Part shown: positions 51,288 to 64,000 of the stretch, in pieces | Layout: every line of letters begins with the position of its first letter | Position numbering within the stretch: position 1 is the stretch's first letter | DNA from: Eledone cirrhosa | Taxonomy: Eukaryota | Length of the DNA: 64,000 bases | Direction of reading: 5' to 3' | Assembly: GCA_964016885.1 (NCBI GenBank) | Contig: OZ024742.1 | Span: forward strand, 71,114,001-71,178,000 | Notes under the pieces: generated by a model | Told to the model about the DNA's origin: nothing | Seen by the model: only the letters and a program-made list of their open reading frames with translations | Database searches by the model: none | Translations under genes and position numbers: made by a program

Positions 51288-53431
51288 AACTCCGTTCTTG
51301 CACCACCAACAAGATTCAACATCAAAGATGGATGAGTTGCATAACGTTGAGTGCTTTTCCTAATATTACATCGTGGTTGGCTATACAGAATAGATGCCCT
51401 TCCGAACGGCAACCACATATACAGTGTGTGCTGGGTGCTTTTTGTCATGACTCCTATACAACCACTTTATAGTGTGGGGTGGGTGCTTTTTGTTGTGACA
51501 CCTACATGACCACTTTACAGTGTGGTCTGGGTGCTTTTTGCCATGTCGCCATCACAACCACTTTATATTGTGGGCTGGAGGCTTCACTAGATGTATGCTA
51601 CAGCCTGTCCTATTGGGAGATGTATGGGAAGGTGGGATGAGGAGGGGGTGGTGCATACTATATATATGCTTCAGCTTCAGCCTGTGCCCATGGGAAGACG
51701 AGTTTTCTGTATTACTGTATACCACCAGAGATCTCGGTCCTTTGTCATCATCTTTGAGAGGTGCAATTGAGCAATGTCAGCTTTTATCACCTCATCCCAA
51801 GTCTTTCTGGGTCTTCCTACTTTATTTACATATATAGTTGTTACCAACATGTGTATAATATATATATACATGTCCGCATTTTATATATACATACATAGTA
51901 TATATTTTATATATACATACATAGTTATTATCTACATATGTATGTATAATATATATACAGACATACATGTATATATTATCTATATAATATTTGAAAATGT
52001 CTGTGTATTTGTATGTCTATTCCACAATCCATAATAATAATCATTTTCAAGAACATTTTCCACCCTCCTTTTCTTTCTATTTTCTTTTTTCTCCTTCTCT
52101 CCTCTTTCTCACATGAAAAATTATGCTTTGTAATTCCAAAACAATTGTACGTGAATTATCATGAAAGTTTGTATTTTTCAGGAATGATTGTGTGTTCCAA
52201 AAGATTCTAGAATCCTCTTAAAAGATATAAAAGCACAATATTATAAGAACAAAGTATTAGTTGAACTTTAGCCACATTGTGTTAGCTTTTATAAAGTCAT
52301 TTTACAACAGTCATAGAAAGTTAAGGTAAATAAGGTGATATTTACTACAGCGCTAACGCACTTTACCACAAAATGACACAGAACTATTTAGTGTTGTCAA
52401 AGTGAGGTGATATTAATAAGCATAACACACAGAGCTCCAATGACGCTAGCGTTCTGTTTACAATGACATCTTAAATGAGGTAAGCTTCGTCATTGATTTA
52501 CATTTCCTTGGTGAAGATATTCATGTAATTTTCACTCATTTCTTATTTAATCTACATTTTAGCTTTTAAAAGAGATGCCAAGGAGAAGAAAGTTCTGACT
52601 GTCCACAAGCTCTTCAGATGTTGCCACCTTACATAATACTCTAGGGTGGGTTGTTTACAAAGCTTATTTGTGTAGGCTCCAAACCAGAAAACAAAGAATT
52701 TTGTTTACCCAGAAGCTCTAAATTTCCTTCAAAATATGTGATAGAATCTATCTGCCCTCATAAAAGTGATACATTTTGTATTTTTATTTTTTATTGTTAT
52801 TGTATTATGAATTCAGAATTGATTTCATCATGTACCTCAGTTGAAGAATAAATGGAATTTAGAATAACTAATTTCTATATTACATGTTTTGCTTTCTTCC
52901 TCTAATACATAAGAGCCACGTTCATTCCCAGGCAACGCTGGGTATCTCTGTTTATATATATAATTGTTTCTACTTTAGGCACAAGGCCAACAATTACCCA
53001 GTACATTACTGGTACTTTATTTTATCGACCCCGTAAGATGAAAAGCAAAGTTAACCTCTGCAGGATTTGAACTCAGACTGTAAAGGGACTGTTTATATAT
53101 ATAATGGTGATAGGAAGGACATCTGTAGAACCCATGCCAAAAAAGAGATTAGAGGACTCTTCGATAGTGTCAAGGGAATGATAACCTCTTTAGTGTTTGT
53201 GGACACAGTAAAACACACTCAGTACAATCTGTAAAGTTGTTGGTAATAAAAAAAGGTACTGGTGCTATGATAAAATGCACCCAGTGCACTCTGTAGACTG
53301 CAGGAATGTACATGAGTAATGCAGCCCTGGATCATCTGAGAGGTCAGTAACTCTGATTAAGTTCTGACTTGGTTTGTGACAATCTGTCCAAACCCTTGCT
53401 AGCATGGAAAGCAACTGTTAAATGATGATGA

Positions 53432-53477
<46 letters not shown>

Positions 53478-54358
53478 AGTACTTAGCTAAGACACAGTCC
53501 CTCTTCCTAGTGTTGATAAGGAGAAAGCAATAATCTGGTGGGTTCTTAGTAAAGTACTGTAACTAAAGTGAGAAAAATCCCCTTCCCACAAGCAGAGATG
53601 TGCAATAACAACAGCAGCAGATGCTGCCACCACAACCGCCATGTCAGCATGGAAAAAGTATGTGCTTCCTACTCTCATTCATATTTCTTATCCAACCCAT
53701 GCCACCATGGAAAGCCGGGTACACTTCACAATATACCAATAGATGCAACTCACTCTCTTCAAGGTCAACTCCATGACCTGATGTTTCCTTTCCCATGTTA
53801 GTGCCATAACAAAAAGAACCCAGTCCACCATGAAAGCCGGTAGTATTGGAGTTATGATAACATGCTCTCTGTCCCAAAATATGACAACCAGTCTAACCCA
53901 TGTAAGCATGGTAAATAGATGTGTGATGATGATGATCAATGGATCCCCATCAGTTCTATTTGTATGACCAACAGAACAATATGTTCCTGAAATTCACATG
54001 TAAGTGGCTGAGCACTCATTCTGCAGACACATGTACCCTTAGCATAATTCTTAGAGATTCAATGAGGCACAATGTGGCATGGCTTGCCTTTTGAATTTCA
54101 GGCACAGTCCATTAAACAGGCTTCTATACAGATTCCATCTATCCAATTTCACTCACAAAGTATCAGGTGATCCAAAGCTATGGTAAATGACATTTGTCCA
54201 AGATGCCATGTAGTGGGATCGAACTTAAGACTTTATGATTGTGAAAGGAATTTCTTAACCATTTGGTCCTACTGTATCCATGGCAACACTGATATACCAC
54301 ATGATGTATCCATGGCAACAGTGATATACATGTGCTGTAGCTATGGTAACACTAATAT

Positions 54359-55488
54359 CGAGGGTGGGCTGAAATGTTCATAGGCTGACTATGAAAGGGG
54401 TTATGTGAAATCTTGCATGCATTAATTTTGACTCTTCTTATTAATAACTGCATTGTTTCTTTCCAAGTAAACTGACACCTGACTGTTCAAAGAAGACTTC
54501 AAAAGTAACTAGTAATGACTTCTCTTAAAACTAGACAAAATTTAGCATTGTGGTGTTATCAAGTACCTGCAGAAAAAGAGTTTAGCCCCAAGGACATTCA
54601 TGCTGACATGGTTGTTACATTAGAAGATGACAGTCCAGCTTTATCAACAGTGAAAAAGTGGGCAGCTAAATTTAGAAGGGGAAGGGAGAGTATTGAAGAT
54701 GACCCAAGGTCAACATCCTGCAACTGCCACCACCAAGCAAAACATTGTGTTCACCACATGGTGATGGATGACAGGTGATTGACTACAAGTCAAATAGCCA
54801 ATACTATTAACATATCCTGAGAGAGAGAAATGTGCACCAGGCTGAGCAAATTGCGGTAAAATTGTTTGAGGCAGATCCATCTGATTTCCTTAAACGTTTC
54901 CTAACCCAGACAATCCATGCAGTGTATACACCTCTCATCATCTGATCCAAAGGCCAAAGTTGTTTCATCTGAAGGGAAGGTGATGACCTGTTTTTTTGGA
55001 TACAAAAGGCATTGTCTTTATTGACTATCTTCAGAAGAGCCACACCATCAATGGAGAGTACAATGCCAACTTGCTGAGAGAGTTATGAAAGGCTGTCAAG
55101 ATCATACACCTAGGAAAACTGACGTTTCATCAGGACAATGCTCCAGCACACGAGTCATTGGTTTCAATGGCTGCTGTGTGTAACTATGGCTTTGAACTAG
55201 TTCATCACTTTCTCTATATTCCTGATTTGGCTACAGCTAACTATCATCTGTCACCCAACATGAAAAATCACTTGGCTAGGAACCAGTATTGCAGTGATGA
55301 TGATGTCATATCTGCTGGTGATGACTTTTTTCACCAACAGGATGAAAGCTTCTTCACCAACGGTATCCAAGCACTGCAACACCGATGGAAGAAGTGTGTG
55401 AACCACAAGGAGGACTATGTTGAAAAACAAACCTCATTTGGTCACATTCCATTCTTGGTCAGCCTATGAACTATTAAGCCTACTCTCA
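54359..55488 (+). mobile_element. Decayed mariner transposon
   Basis: TIRs cgagggtgggctgaaa.gttcataggctgac; HTH remnant STVKKWAAKFRRGRES, FHQDNAPAH, YIPDLA, GIQALQHRWKKCV; frameshifts. Confidence 0.9.
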
Positions 55489-56341
55489 TACATGTGTTGT
55501 ATCTATGGTAACACATATACACCATGTAAATTACTGTTAACTAGTTGGCTCATCTACCGTCACCTGCCAACAAGAGAATGAATTCTTTGTGATTACATAT
55601 ATATATATAAAAAAAAAATATTTGTTTACTATCTTAACTGAGTATATATAATAAACTTAATCCAAAGGAGTTCAAATTTCTGTCTGTCATAGGCAACTCT
55701 TACCTTGGATTAAAATTGGTTATAAAAAAATGTAACCTTCATCTCCAAGATGCAAAGTAAAATTTTGAGACTAATTTTAGGAGAAAAATAATATCTTTGT
55801 TGGGAAATGTAATAATTAAATTCTGCAATGCTATTCACCTACCCTCATATCTCTAATTCTATTGTCCTGGTTTTAGCCAATAGGCTGTAGCTATGCTGGA
55901 GCACCACTTTCATGTGGTTTTAATTAATTATATCAATACCAGTACTTATTTCAGATTTATATTTTATAAGTGGTTAAATTTGTTTTTGATACAATAATAG
56001 CTTCTTAAATAGAAGTTATCATCATTTAGCATCCACTTTCTCTCCAAGCAAGGATTGGATGGTTCTTCACAGACCATGTCAGTACTCAAGCAGGGCTACT
56101 TACCTCCCAGACAGCCCAGAGGTCCACATCTTGTTTACATATTAGCAAAAGAATTTGAGAAACTATCTAAATACAAGGACCATTGAGATGAAGATATCTA
56201 GGAAATGGCAATTAAAACCCCCAAATCATCCCTGTTGCTGTCGGTGCCCTAAGAATAATCAAGAAAAGTATCAACAAATTCTTTGACCAGATCCCATGGA
56301 AACCAACAATAATACAATAATATAATGATAATTTCTTTTAC

Positions 56342-57812
56342 CTGGAACTTGGCAGACGACTGGTTGGATAGCAACACAATGAACTGGCAAGCAAATCACT
56401 GTTAATTCAGCAGATCTAGAAGGAGAAGTTTGTGACTGTGGCATTGATGGAGTGGAAGAGAAATCAATTTCCATAGATGTACTGTTAGAGTTATAAACAG
56501 GAAGCTGTTGATATTGATTGGACTGAGAAATTAACATTGGATATGCTTCAGAGTGAACAGTAGGTGAATGAATGCAGTCATCCTGAATACCAAGCACCCT
56601 ATGAGCTTCTTTCAACTCATCTAAATATTTAGTGACATATGGATGATCACTATTATAATTTTCAGAGGTGTTTGATAGAAAAGAATTTGGAAATGTGTGG
56701 AAGTTCAATAATGTATTTATTGAATAATTACTGCTAAAAATGTTTTCATTGCTTCTGCCACCTTCAGGGATTCCTGGGATTTGCAGAGGAGTTAGTCCAC
56801 GAGAATTCCATAAATGTTTTGAATGTGAGCATTTGTCAGAAGAGTCATTAGAATTATCATCATCATCCTTTTCACCATTATCAAGGCTAATTTCCTTAAA
56901 AGTCTCACTTTCAACATTAACTTTTTCCTCACTGATATTTACAATATTCACAACTTTCTCTGCAAGATCAATAATCTTAGATTCTGTTGAGTTTAGAGAT
57001 GAAGGGCTCAAGGAAGAAGGAGTATTTGAAGCATTATCATTCTGCAAACAATGGATATTGAGAGTTTCTTTGGATAAGAAACATTTATCATTTATGCGAG
57101 AAGACAGAACTGCAATGTCAGAACAGGAAAACTTCTGTTTTTCGCTAGATTTATTTGAAATTGTTTTTACATTAGTTTCAATATTTCCATTTTTATCAGA
57201 TAAGTCTTTTCTGGAGTCTTTTACATTTTTATTTGAATTATCAAAGATGATAGATTTTTTATTAGTCAGAAGCCTAGTCTTTTGTTGAGAAAATTCCTCA
57301 TTACTATTATCTCCGGCACAAACATCTATGACTGGTTCTTGAATATCCTCTTTATTTTGAAATGGTTTAATTTTATTTCTGGAACCTTCTTTCATGTTTA
57401 ACATAGATTCTGGATGAGATAATGATGTATTTTGGCATACTTCATTGTGACAAAGGTTATCTGGTGGGTATAGTTTCGATTCAGGAATTTCATTTGCTAA
57501 GTTAGAGTTCTGGTTGACATGTGAATTTGACTTTGGTTCTTTCTGATTCAAGATGTTATTTGGATCCATATATGATTTCACTTCTGATCCATCAATCCTT
57601 GAAGTGCCATTTTGGAAAGATTGTGAGCTCGATGATATTGGATCATCACAGTTCAAAGTTAATTCTTTAAATTCTTCACAGAACTGATTACATACAGAAT
57701 TTTCTAAGTTTATTTGTACCTCATTATAAGTCATTTTGTTGGAAGACAAATTACTGGAAGAATTGGCATCTTCGCTAGTCCCATCTAGTACTGACTCGGA
57801 AATAGGAACCAT
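56342..57812 (-). CDS. IkappaB-family ankyrin gene, first large coding exon (S/N/E-rich, probably disordered)
   Basis: Long ORF with no TE motifs; in-frame TAA shortly upstream of the ATG; donor CCA G|gtaaaa at 56341 whose phase 1 fits the next exon. Confidence 0.75.
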
Positions 57813-59142
57813 TTTTACAGAATAATGTTTTTATGGAAGTAGGGGAGATATCAGTGATAGCAATATTGATTTCAATTAAATTTTTTGACTATTTAAAAAA
57901 TATCTGAAAATCTCAATCATAACAATTTAAAGCTGTTATGTATTGTGATTAAGGGATGATATTTTATGCACAAGGAGTTTCTGTATTATCACCTATTTTC
58001 TTAAAATATTTGATCAGGAGAAATTTTCTAGATGTAGCAAATGTTAATTGTAGGTATTCAAATCCATTCCAGTTTCACCTCACAAAACAAAAATATTTTC
58101 CACAATCTTCTTTTCATTGGTAAACATCTAAATAGAATAAAAATATTAAAAAAAACACCTTTAGGATTTAATTTGAAATAAAATCAAAGATGTAAATGTG
58201 ACAAAAGTAATAAGTGCTCTCAGCAGTGTCATGTAGTGAATTAATTCCCTATTAGTGGTTGAGCTACAAGCAGTGGCGTGTATTTCTAATAAACAGTAAA
58301 CAAAGTAAACTTAGGAATGATTTTATAAAAGCAATAGAGGAATCCCGAAACTAAAAAGCCTCAGGTTCTGATCATCATCATCATTATTTTACATCAGTTT
58401 AGCATGCTTGCATGGGTTGGATAGGTTATTACAGTCTAAGACTAGATGGGTCTAAGAACCATGTCTTGTTTATATGTTCCATACTTTAGCATGGTTTCTA
58501 GGGGTCTATACTGGCTTCCTGTAAAAGACTACATGAGATTTAACCCATTAGCATTTAAACTGGCTGTATCTGCCCAGAATTCTCTCACCTTTTTCTGTTC
58601 AAACCGGCCACAACTGGCCACTCATACTGATGCTAAGGTATTGTTCTCAAAATAAATAATATCAAAATCTCATAGATTCTATATTATGTGAGATAAAGCA
58701 TTTACCATGAAAATATAATAGTACATTTAGAGTAATGTAAATACTAAATAGTTAAGATCTTATTGCTGACATTGAAAACTTTAAATAGTCTTCTTTGTCA
58801 ATATATTTGTGAAATGTTTCATGAAAAATAGTCAATAATGTACTCCTCATACTATCAAACAGAAGAATGAAGAACTGTGGTGATAAGGTTCTCTTGTCAG
58901 AGCTTCAGCTCTCTGGTATGAGCTTCCTCTGTACAGAACTGACCATCTGTATCAGCTTTCAGATTTTATTTGAAGATTTGAAATACCATCAGTGAATTGT
59001 CTTTTGAATTTTCACTATCAACATCATCACTATCACCATCATCCCCATCATTACCACCACCATAATTTGTTTACTTTATCTAAATAAATTGTGACTTTAC
59101 ATAGCTACTCCTATAACTATAATATCCATACATATTGTACTG

Positions 59143-60212
59143 CATTCTCTGCCCCAAATGCAAACAATGGGTACACAAGAGATGTAGCGGGATCTCAGGA
59201 AGCTTAATTAAGAATGTAGGCTTTACATGCAGCAGCTGTGCTGGGGCAGCGAACAGCCACAGGAAACAAGTACCACCAATCTCTGGGAGGGCTCTGTAGA
59301 AACAGTAGACAGCTTCTGCTACCTAGGTGACCGAATTAGCAGCGGAGGTGGGTGTTCAGAAAGTACAATAACTAGGGTAAGAATGGGAAGGAAGAAGTTC
59401 AGGGAACTACTGCCACTGCTAGCTGCAAAAGGCTTCTCCCTCAAAATGAAAGGCAGACTGTATGATGCGTGTATCCGAACAGCAATGTTACATGGTAGTG
59501 AGACCTGGGCGCTGAAGGTGGAAGACTTACGTAGATTAGAAAGAAACGAAGCCTGCATGCTCCGATGGATGTGTAATAGTAATATATGCGAACGACAAAG
59601 CATAAATGAATTGAGAGAGAGACTGAACATAAGAGGAATCAAATGCTGTGTGCAGGAGAGGCGGTTGCGTTGGTATGGACATGTGATGCGTATGAAGGAT
59701 GACAGCTGCATAAAAAGGTGCAGAGCACTAGAAGTCAATGGAAACCGCGGAGTGGGGAGACCCAAGAAAACCTGGGATGAGGTGATAAAAGCCGATATTA
59801 CCCAATTACACCCCTCAAAGGTGATGACACACGACCGTGACCTCTGGCGTCACACAGTTATACAGAGTACCCGACCTCCCATGGGTACAAGCTGAAGCAT
59901 ATAGACAATATGCCCCCACACCCTCCCACTGCAAGGTGGTCGTGGAGGTGCCACGGCAAAAAAGCACCCAGCTCACACTGTAAAGTGAACGTGTAGGCGC
60001 CACGGAAAAAGCACCCAGCACTCACTCTAAATGAGGTTGGTGTTAGGAAGGGCATCCAGCTGTAGAAATCAAGCCAAAATCAGTTCCTGTATGAGCAGGG
60101 CATGGTCAGCTGACCAGACACTGCCCACAACAGGACAACTTGTCTAACTCATGCTAGCATGGAAGAACGGACATAAAACGGTGATGATGATTATGATGAT
60201 GATGATGATGAT
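59143..60212 (+). mobile_element. RTE LINE 3' fragment (copy E, same subfamily as A)
   Basis: ORF 59227-59895 nearly identical to copy A C-terminus; (GAT)n tail. Confidence 0.93.
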
Positions 60213-60839
60213 TGTCCTATGCATAACAATGTCCATCATATTAATGGAGTAACTAGTGTGTGTCACAACATGGTCAAATTGTCATACACTGTGTTACATC
60301 AAATCTTTTTGAGATTTATGTTAAGGTTACATGTGTTTGTGGAATGTTCAATTCATGATCAGGCTGTTCCATTGATCCAACTACTGGAATTGTTGAAACT
60401 AGCAGAAGTCCATTCCATTCCCTAACTTCCTTGTCAATTCTGTTTCTTCATAGTTTTCTTTAAAACTTTTTGATTATGTTATTGATATTTTTTATTTAAT
60501 GTTTTTTTTCCAATTAATAGATGTAGAAATGATGTGTTTCTGTAGAGGATCAATCCTGATTGATATTATTTATTACTGGCTTGAAATTGGAAGGTATGAT
60601 GAAAAATATTTATGTGTTTACATTTGGCCTACACAAATCGGAAGTATATATGAAGTAAATGAAAGCATTAATGATCGGAACTATACAATAGTGAAAGTAT
60701 TAAAATATATACATTAAAAAAAATTCATTAAAAATATGTATCTTAATAAGAAAGTTGCTAGGAAACAAAGTGGAAATAGAGGAACACTAAACTGAAATAC
60801 TGTGTGTGTTCTGTCAGCTAACTATGTTTTCCAGCCTGT

Positions 60840-62100
60840 GGCATTCAAGATGTTTGGGGCTCAGGTTCTATCATCTCAATGGGCTGAGGTAGGCCCAGTC
60901 TTGCACAGTTGGTACCATTTTTAATCAATAATGCGTTAGTGTAACCAAGTTCCATATTTTCAGTTTGCTGGTCATCTATCCCTTGATGCAAATAGTCCTC
61001 AATCATTGACTCCTTATGGGTGTTCCACAGCTGCAGTGCATTGGCTAGCACAGAATAAACACACAGAGCAGTGAACATCATATAAAGCTGTGGTGGGTAG
61101 CAGCTTCCTGTAGAGCTTGGCTGAAATAGTCATCATTTTCTATAAGACCAAGTTAAAAGCATGCCTCTTTGAAGGTTACAAATGTTTCTCCCTCCACTGT
61201 TTGTAGTTCTTCAAAATACTTGGCACGTGGAGTAACAATATTCTTAAATAAAAGCTTTCAATAACTCTGGGGATGACCGTATACATTCTACTAATGATGT
61301 TCTTCTTGTGGAAACAATAAAGGGTAAGTCCTGGGGTTTATGTGGCATAAAATATATGATATTTTCTCAGGAGGATGGTCTTTAGGGTAGATGGCAATAT
61401 TTCTGTGTACAGGTGGTGCACCATCTATCCAACCTTTCATATCTGATCCTCTTCTAAATCTTTAATTCACAGTTCTGTACTGGATGATTTTCTCTTCATG
61501 TTCTTTACTGTTCTTCTTGTTTGATGCCATGCATTGTATTATACACTCATTACATTCATGCAACATCTCGCTTATCATAGTCATTTTTTACAGTGAGTAG
61601 TCATTATTTGGCAGTGCTTTCAATCTGTACTGCACAGCTTCATTAGCATCAATAATATATAACTGGTCATATTGTGCTGTATTATCTGCAGAGGTGTGGT
61701 ATATGTTTGACTCTGAATATAAAAACAATTTGGGCCTTTGCCATGTGGTAAGGCAAGTTTAATACCAAATGAGTGAAAGAAAATGCACAGTTGTAATTGC
61801 AGATGTTCCTGTGAAATGCAACCACTTGCAGGCCTTCTCCTTCAAAGAGATTTCTGAATCTCTCAGGGTATATTTGCAATGGAGGCAGCATAACTTTTCC
61901 ATTACTACAACAGTTATAACTTTCAAAGCTCTACAATGATCACACAAAACATTCATATCACCAATACAAAATTCTTCTACATTACCATTAATATTAATTG
62001 ATGGTCAATTTCTCCTAAGATGCTCATTATGCAGTCTATTCTGCCCGAAATTATGCAGTTCTAAGTCTATGTGCCTTTCTCTACTGATCGAGAAAATGTG
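60840..62100 (-). mobile_element. Decayed autonomous Helitron Rep remnant
   Basis: CDHCRALK...CC, NICNYNCAFSF and ALQLWNTHKESMIEDY resemble RepHel segments; many stops. Confidence 0.65.
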
Positions 62101-63297
62101 GTCGTTCATTCTTATGAATATGATCTCTCCTTTCCTTTTGTCTTAGTCTCTCATGCTACAAATATTCTTGGGGCTCCTCTTGTTACATATTATCTCTTCT
62201 TTCTTACTGTCAGTCTTTATTCCTCTAAATGTTCTTGAATTTATCTGGAAGCATATTATCTCTTCTCTTCTGTTGCCTTAGTCTAACTTGCTGTAAATAT
62301 TCTTGATGCTCTTCTAATTGTATATTATTTCTTCTCTCCTGTTGTTTTAGTCTAGCTTGTTCTAAAACGATACATCTCTGTTCATTCATTTCCACATGTC
62401 TCTGTTGATGTCAACTTTTTTCTCTTTCTATTATTTCTTTTCACTGTTCCTGTCTGATCCATGCTCTATATCTGCACATCCTTTCTTGAGCAGTTTGCAA
62501 CTGCCTTTCTTATGAATCCATAGTTTTTATAGTTATATGTCTATCTATATTACTGCTATAGAGACTTAATATATGTTGAAAGAAATATTATTTTAAACAC
62601 TTCAAAACATATTTTTTTAGAATTGTTATTTATTTATATAATAAATATTCATGCAGTATTATTTTAAATTAGGCAGTGAACTGGCGGATTTGTTAGAACA
62701 TCTGATAGAGTGTTTTGCAGTAATCATTCTGGCTCATTGCTCTCTGAGTTTAAATCCTGCCAAGATCAACTTTGCCTGTCATCCATTTGAGGTTGATAAA
62801 AAAAAAAGTACCATTTAAGTACTGGAGTCGATTCTTCCTCTATATCTCTTTCCCACTTCCTTTCTCTCAATCTTTATCCTTCTCTGGAAGAAATTTATTG
62901 CATTCAGATCTGGAGAGGAGATGGGCTCCACCAGGTTTAAAATGCCCTTGAAATGCTGTATGTATTAGGAAAGAAATATTATTCTAAACACTTCAAAAAA
63001 TATAATTAATATTCACAAAAAGCAGAATTATAATATAGATTGTGTATATATATTTAATTTTGCCAGTTGTTTAAATGAAGAGACAATCGGTGTTTCTAAC
63101 TCTTGTAGAACCAACTGTAATAAATACACGTCGTCTGGTGTGTTTAACTATACAGAGTGGCAGAAAAAGAAAGGGTTAAAGAACGCAGGCACGTAAAAAC
63201 ACATGCACGCGCGTACACACTTTTACACATGCACACACACTTTGAGACAGGCATGCACACACACTTTGAGACAGGCATGCACACACACACACACACA

Positions 63298-63343
<46 letters not shown>

Positions 63344-64000
63344 TAATATAATAGTCTTGTGTATTTGTCTGTAACGCACTAGAAATGACTGAGGTCGTCA
63401 ACCGAGGAAGGAAGAGGTGTGTGTCTATATATATGGCGGATTGGCTACACACATTGGCTGTTATGATTATGTGAGTGTTTGTGTGTTTGTATAAATTATA
63501 ATAATGATAATAATAATAATAATGAAATTATTGTGTAAAGTGCTCAGGTGCACTACAACTCGTCAAAGGTGTATGTATAGTACATAGAATAATACACAAA
63601 TGTCAGGGAAGTGAATAGTGTATGAGTCATGGTATACATATGTGTATGTGTATGGAGGGGGAACATTAGCTGTAGTGTTGGCGGATTATATTTATATATA
63701 TTTGTGAGTGTATATGTGTTTGTTTAGAAAGATACATAAACAATAGAATTACAAACACACGCGAATCTACACATACATATAAACAGACACACTTAGAAAA
63801 AATAATTACTACATACATCTATAAGATGAACGAGGAAGGAAGGGTGATACAGTTTAGAAGTCCAGCGTTCTAAGATTCGTCACAGCTGTGTGTTTGAATC
63901 ACTTGTGTGGGTAAGCAGGAAGGAACCAACCAACCAGCCAACCAACAAACAGACATCTCTTTTTTTACATTATGTGTAGATATTACAATTAGCCGTCATT

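Noticed and set aside
56740-57288. 182-aa plus-strand ORF
   Set aside because: Antisense shadow of the large IkappaB-like exon.
63380-63470. Candidate promoter of the IkappaB-like gene (two ATTGG/CCAAT boxes)
   Set aside because: No 5' UTR exon or TSS can be fixed from sequence alone, and no clear kappaB site was seen.

Overview
AT-rich, repeat-dense eukaryotic (animal) genomic DNA. The SINE/RTE/piggyBac content resembles coleoid cephalopods, but that is an inference. Two convergent spliced genes can be rebuilt by hand with GT-AG junctions and consistent phases. (1) Fibrillarin on + (8 coding exons, 2794-19062, 314 aa). (2) An IkappaB-family ankyrin-repeat gene on - (8 coding exons, 57812 to 21859, about 748 aa) with a long S/N-rich N-terminus, i.e. 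the architecture of atypical nuclear IkappaBs. The introns hold piggyBac elements and MITEs (including a piggyBac > Helitron > piggyBac nest), RTE LINEs stacked in (TA)n tracts (including a ~4 kb head-to-head inverted pair), CR1- and L1/Tx1-like remnants, tRNA-derived SINEs, a mariner, solo LTRs and a decayed Helitron. The most unusual feature is a ~3.5 kb array of ~84 x 42-bp units in the IkappaB-like gene. Its monomer is a copy of the adjacent 3' splice site plus the first exon codons followed by a stop, and a single C/T variable site forms a higher-order pattern. There is no CRISPR array or prokaryotic system.
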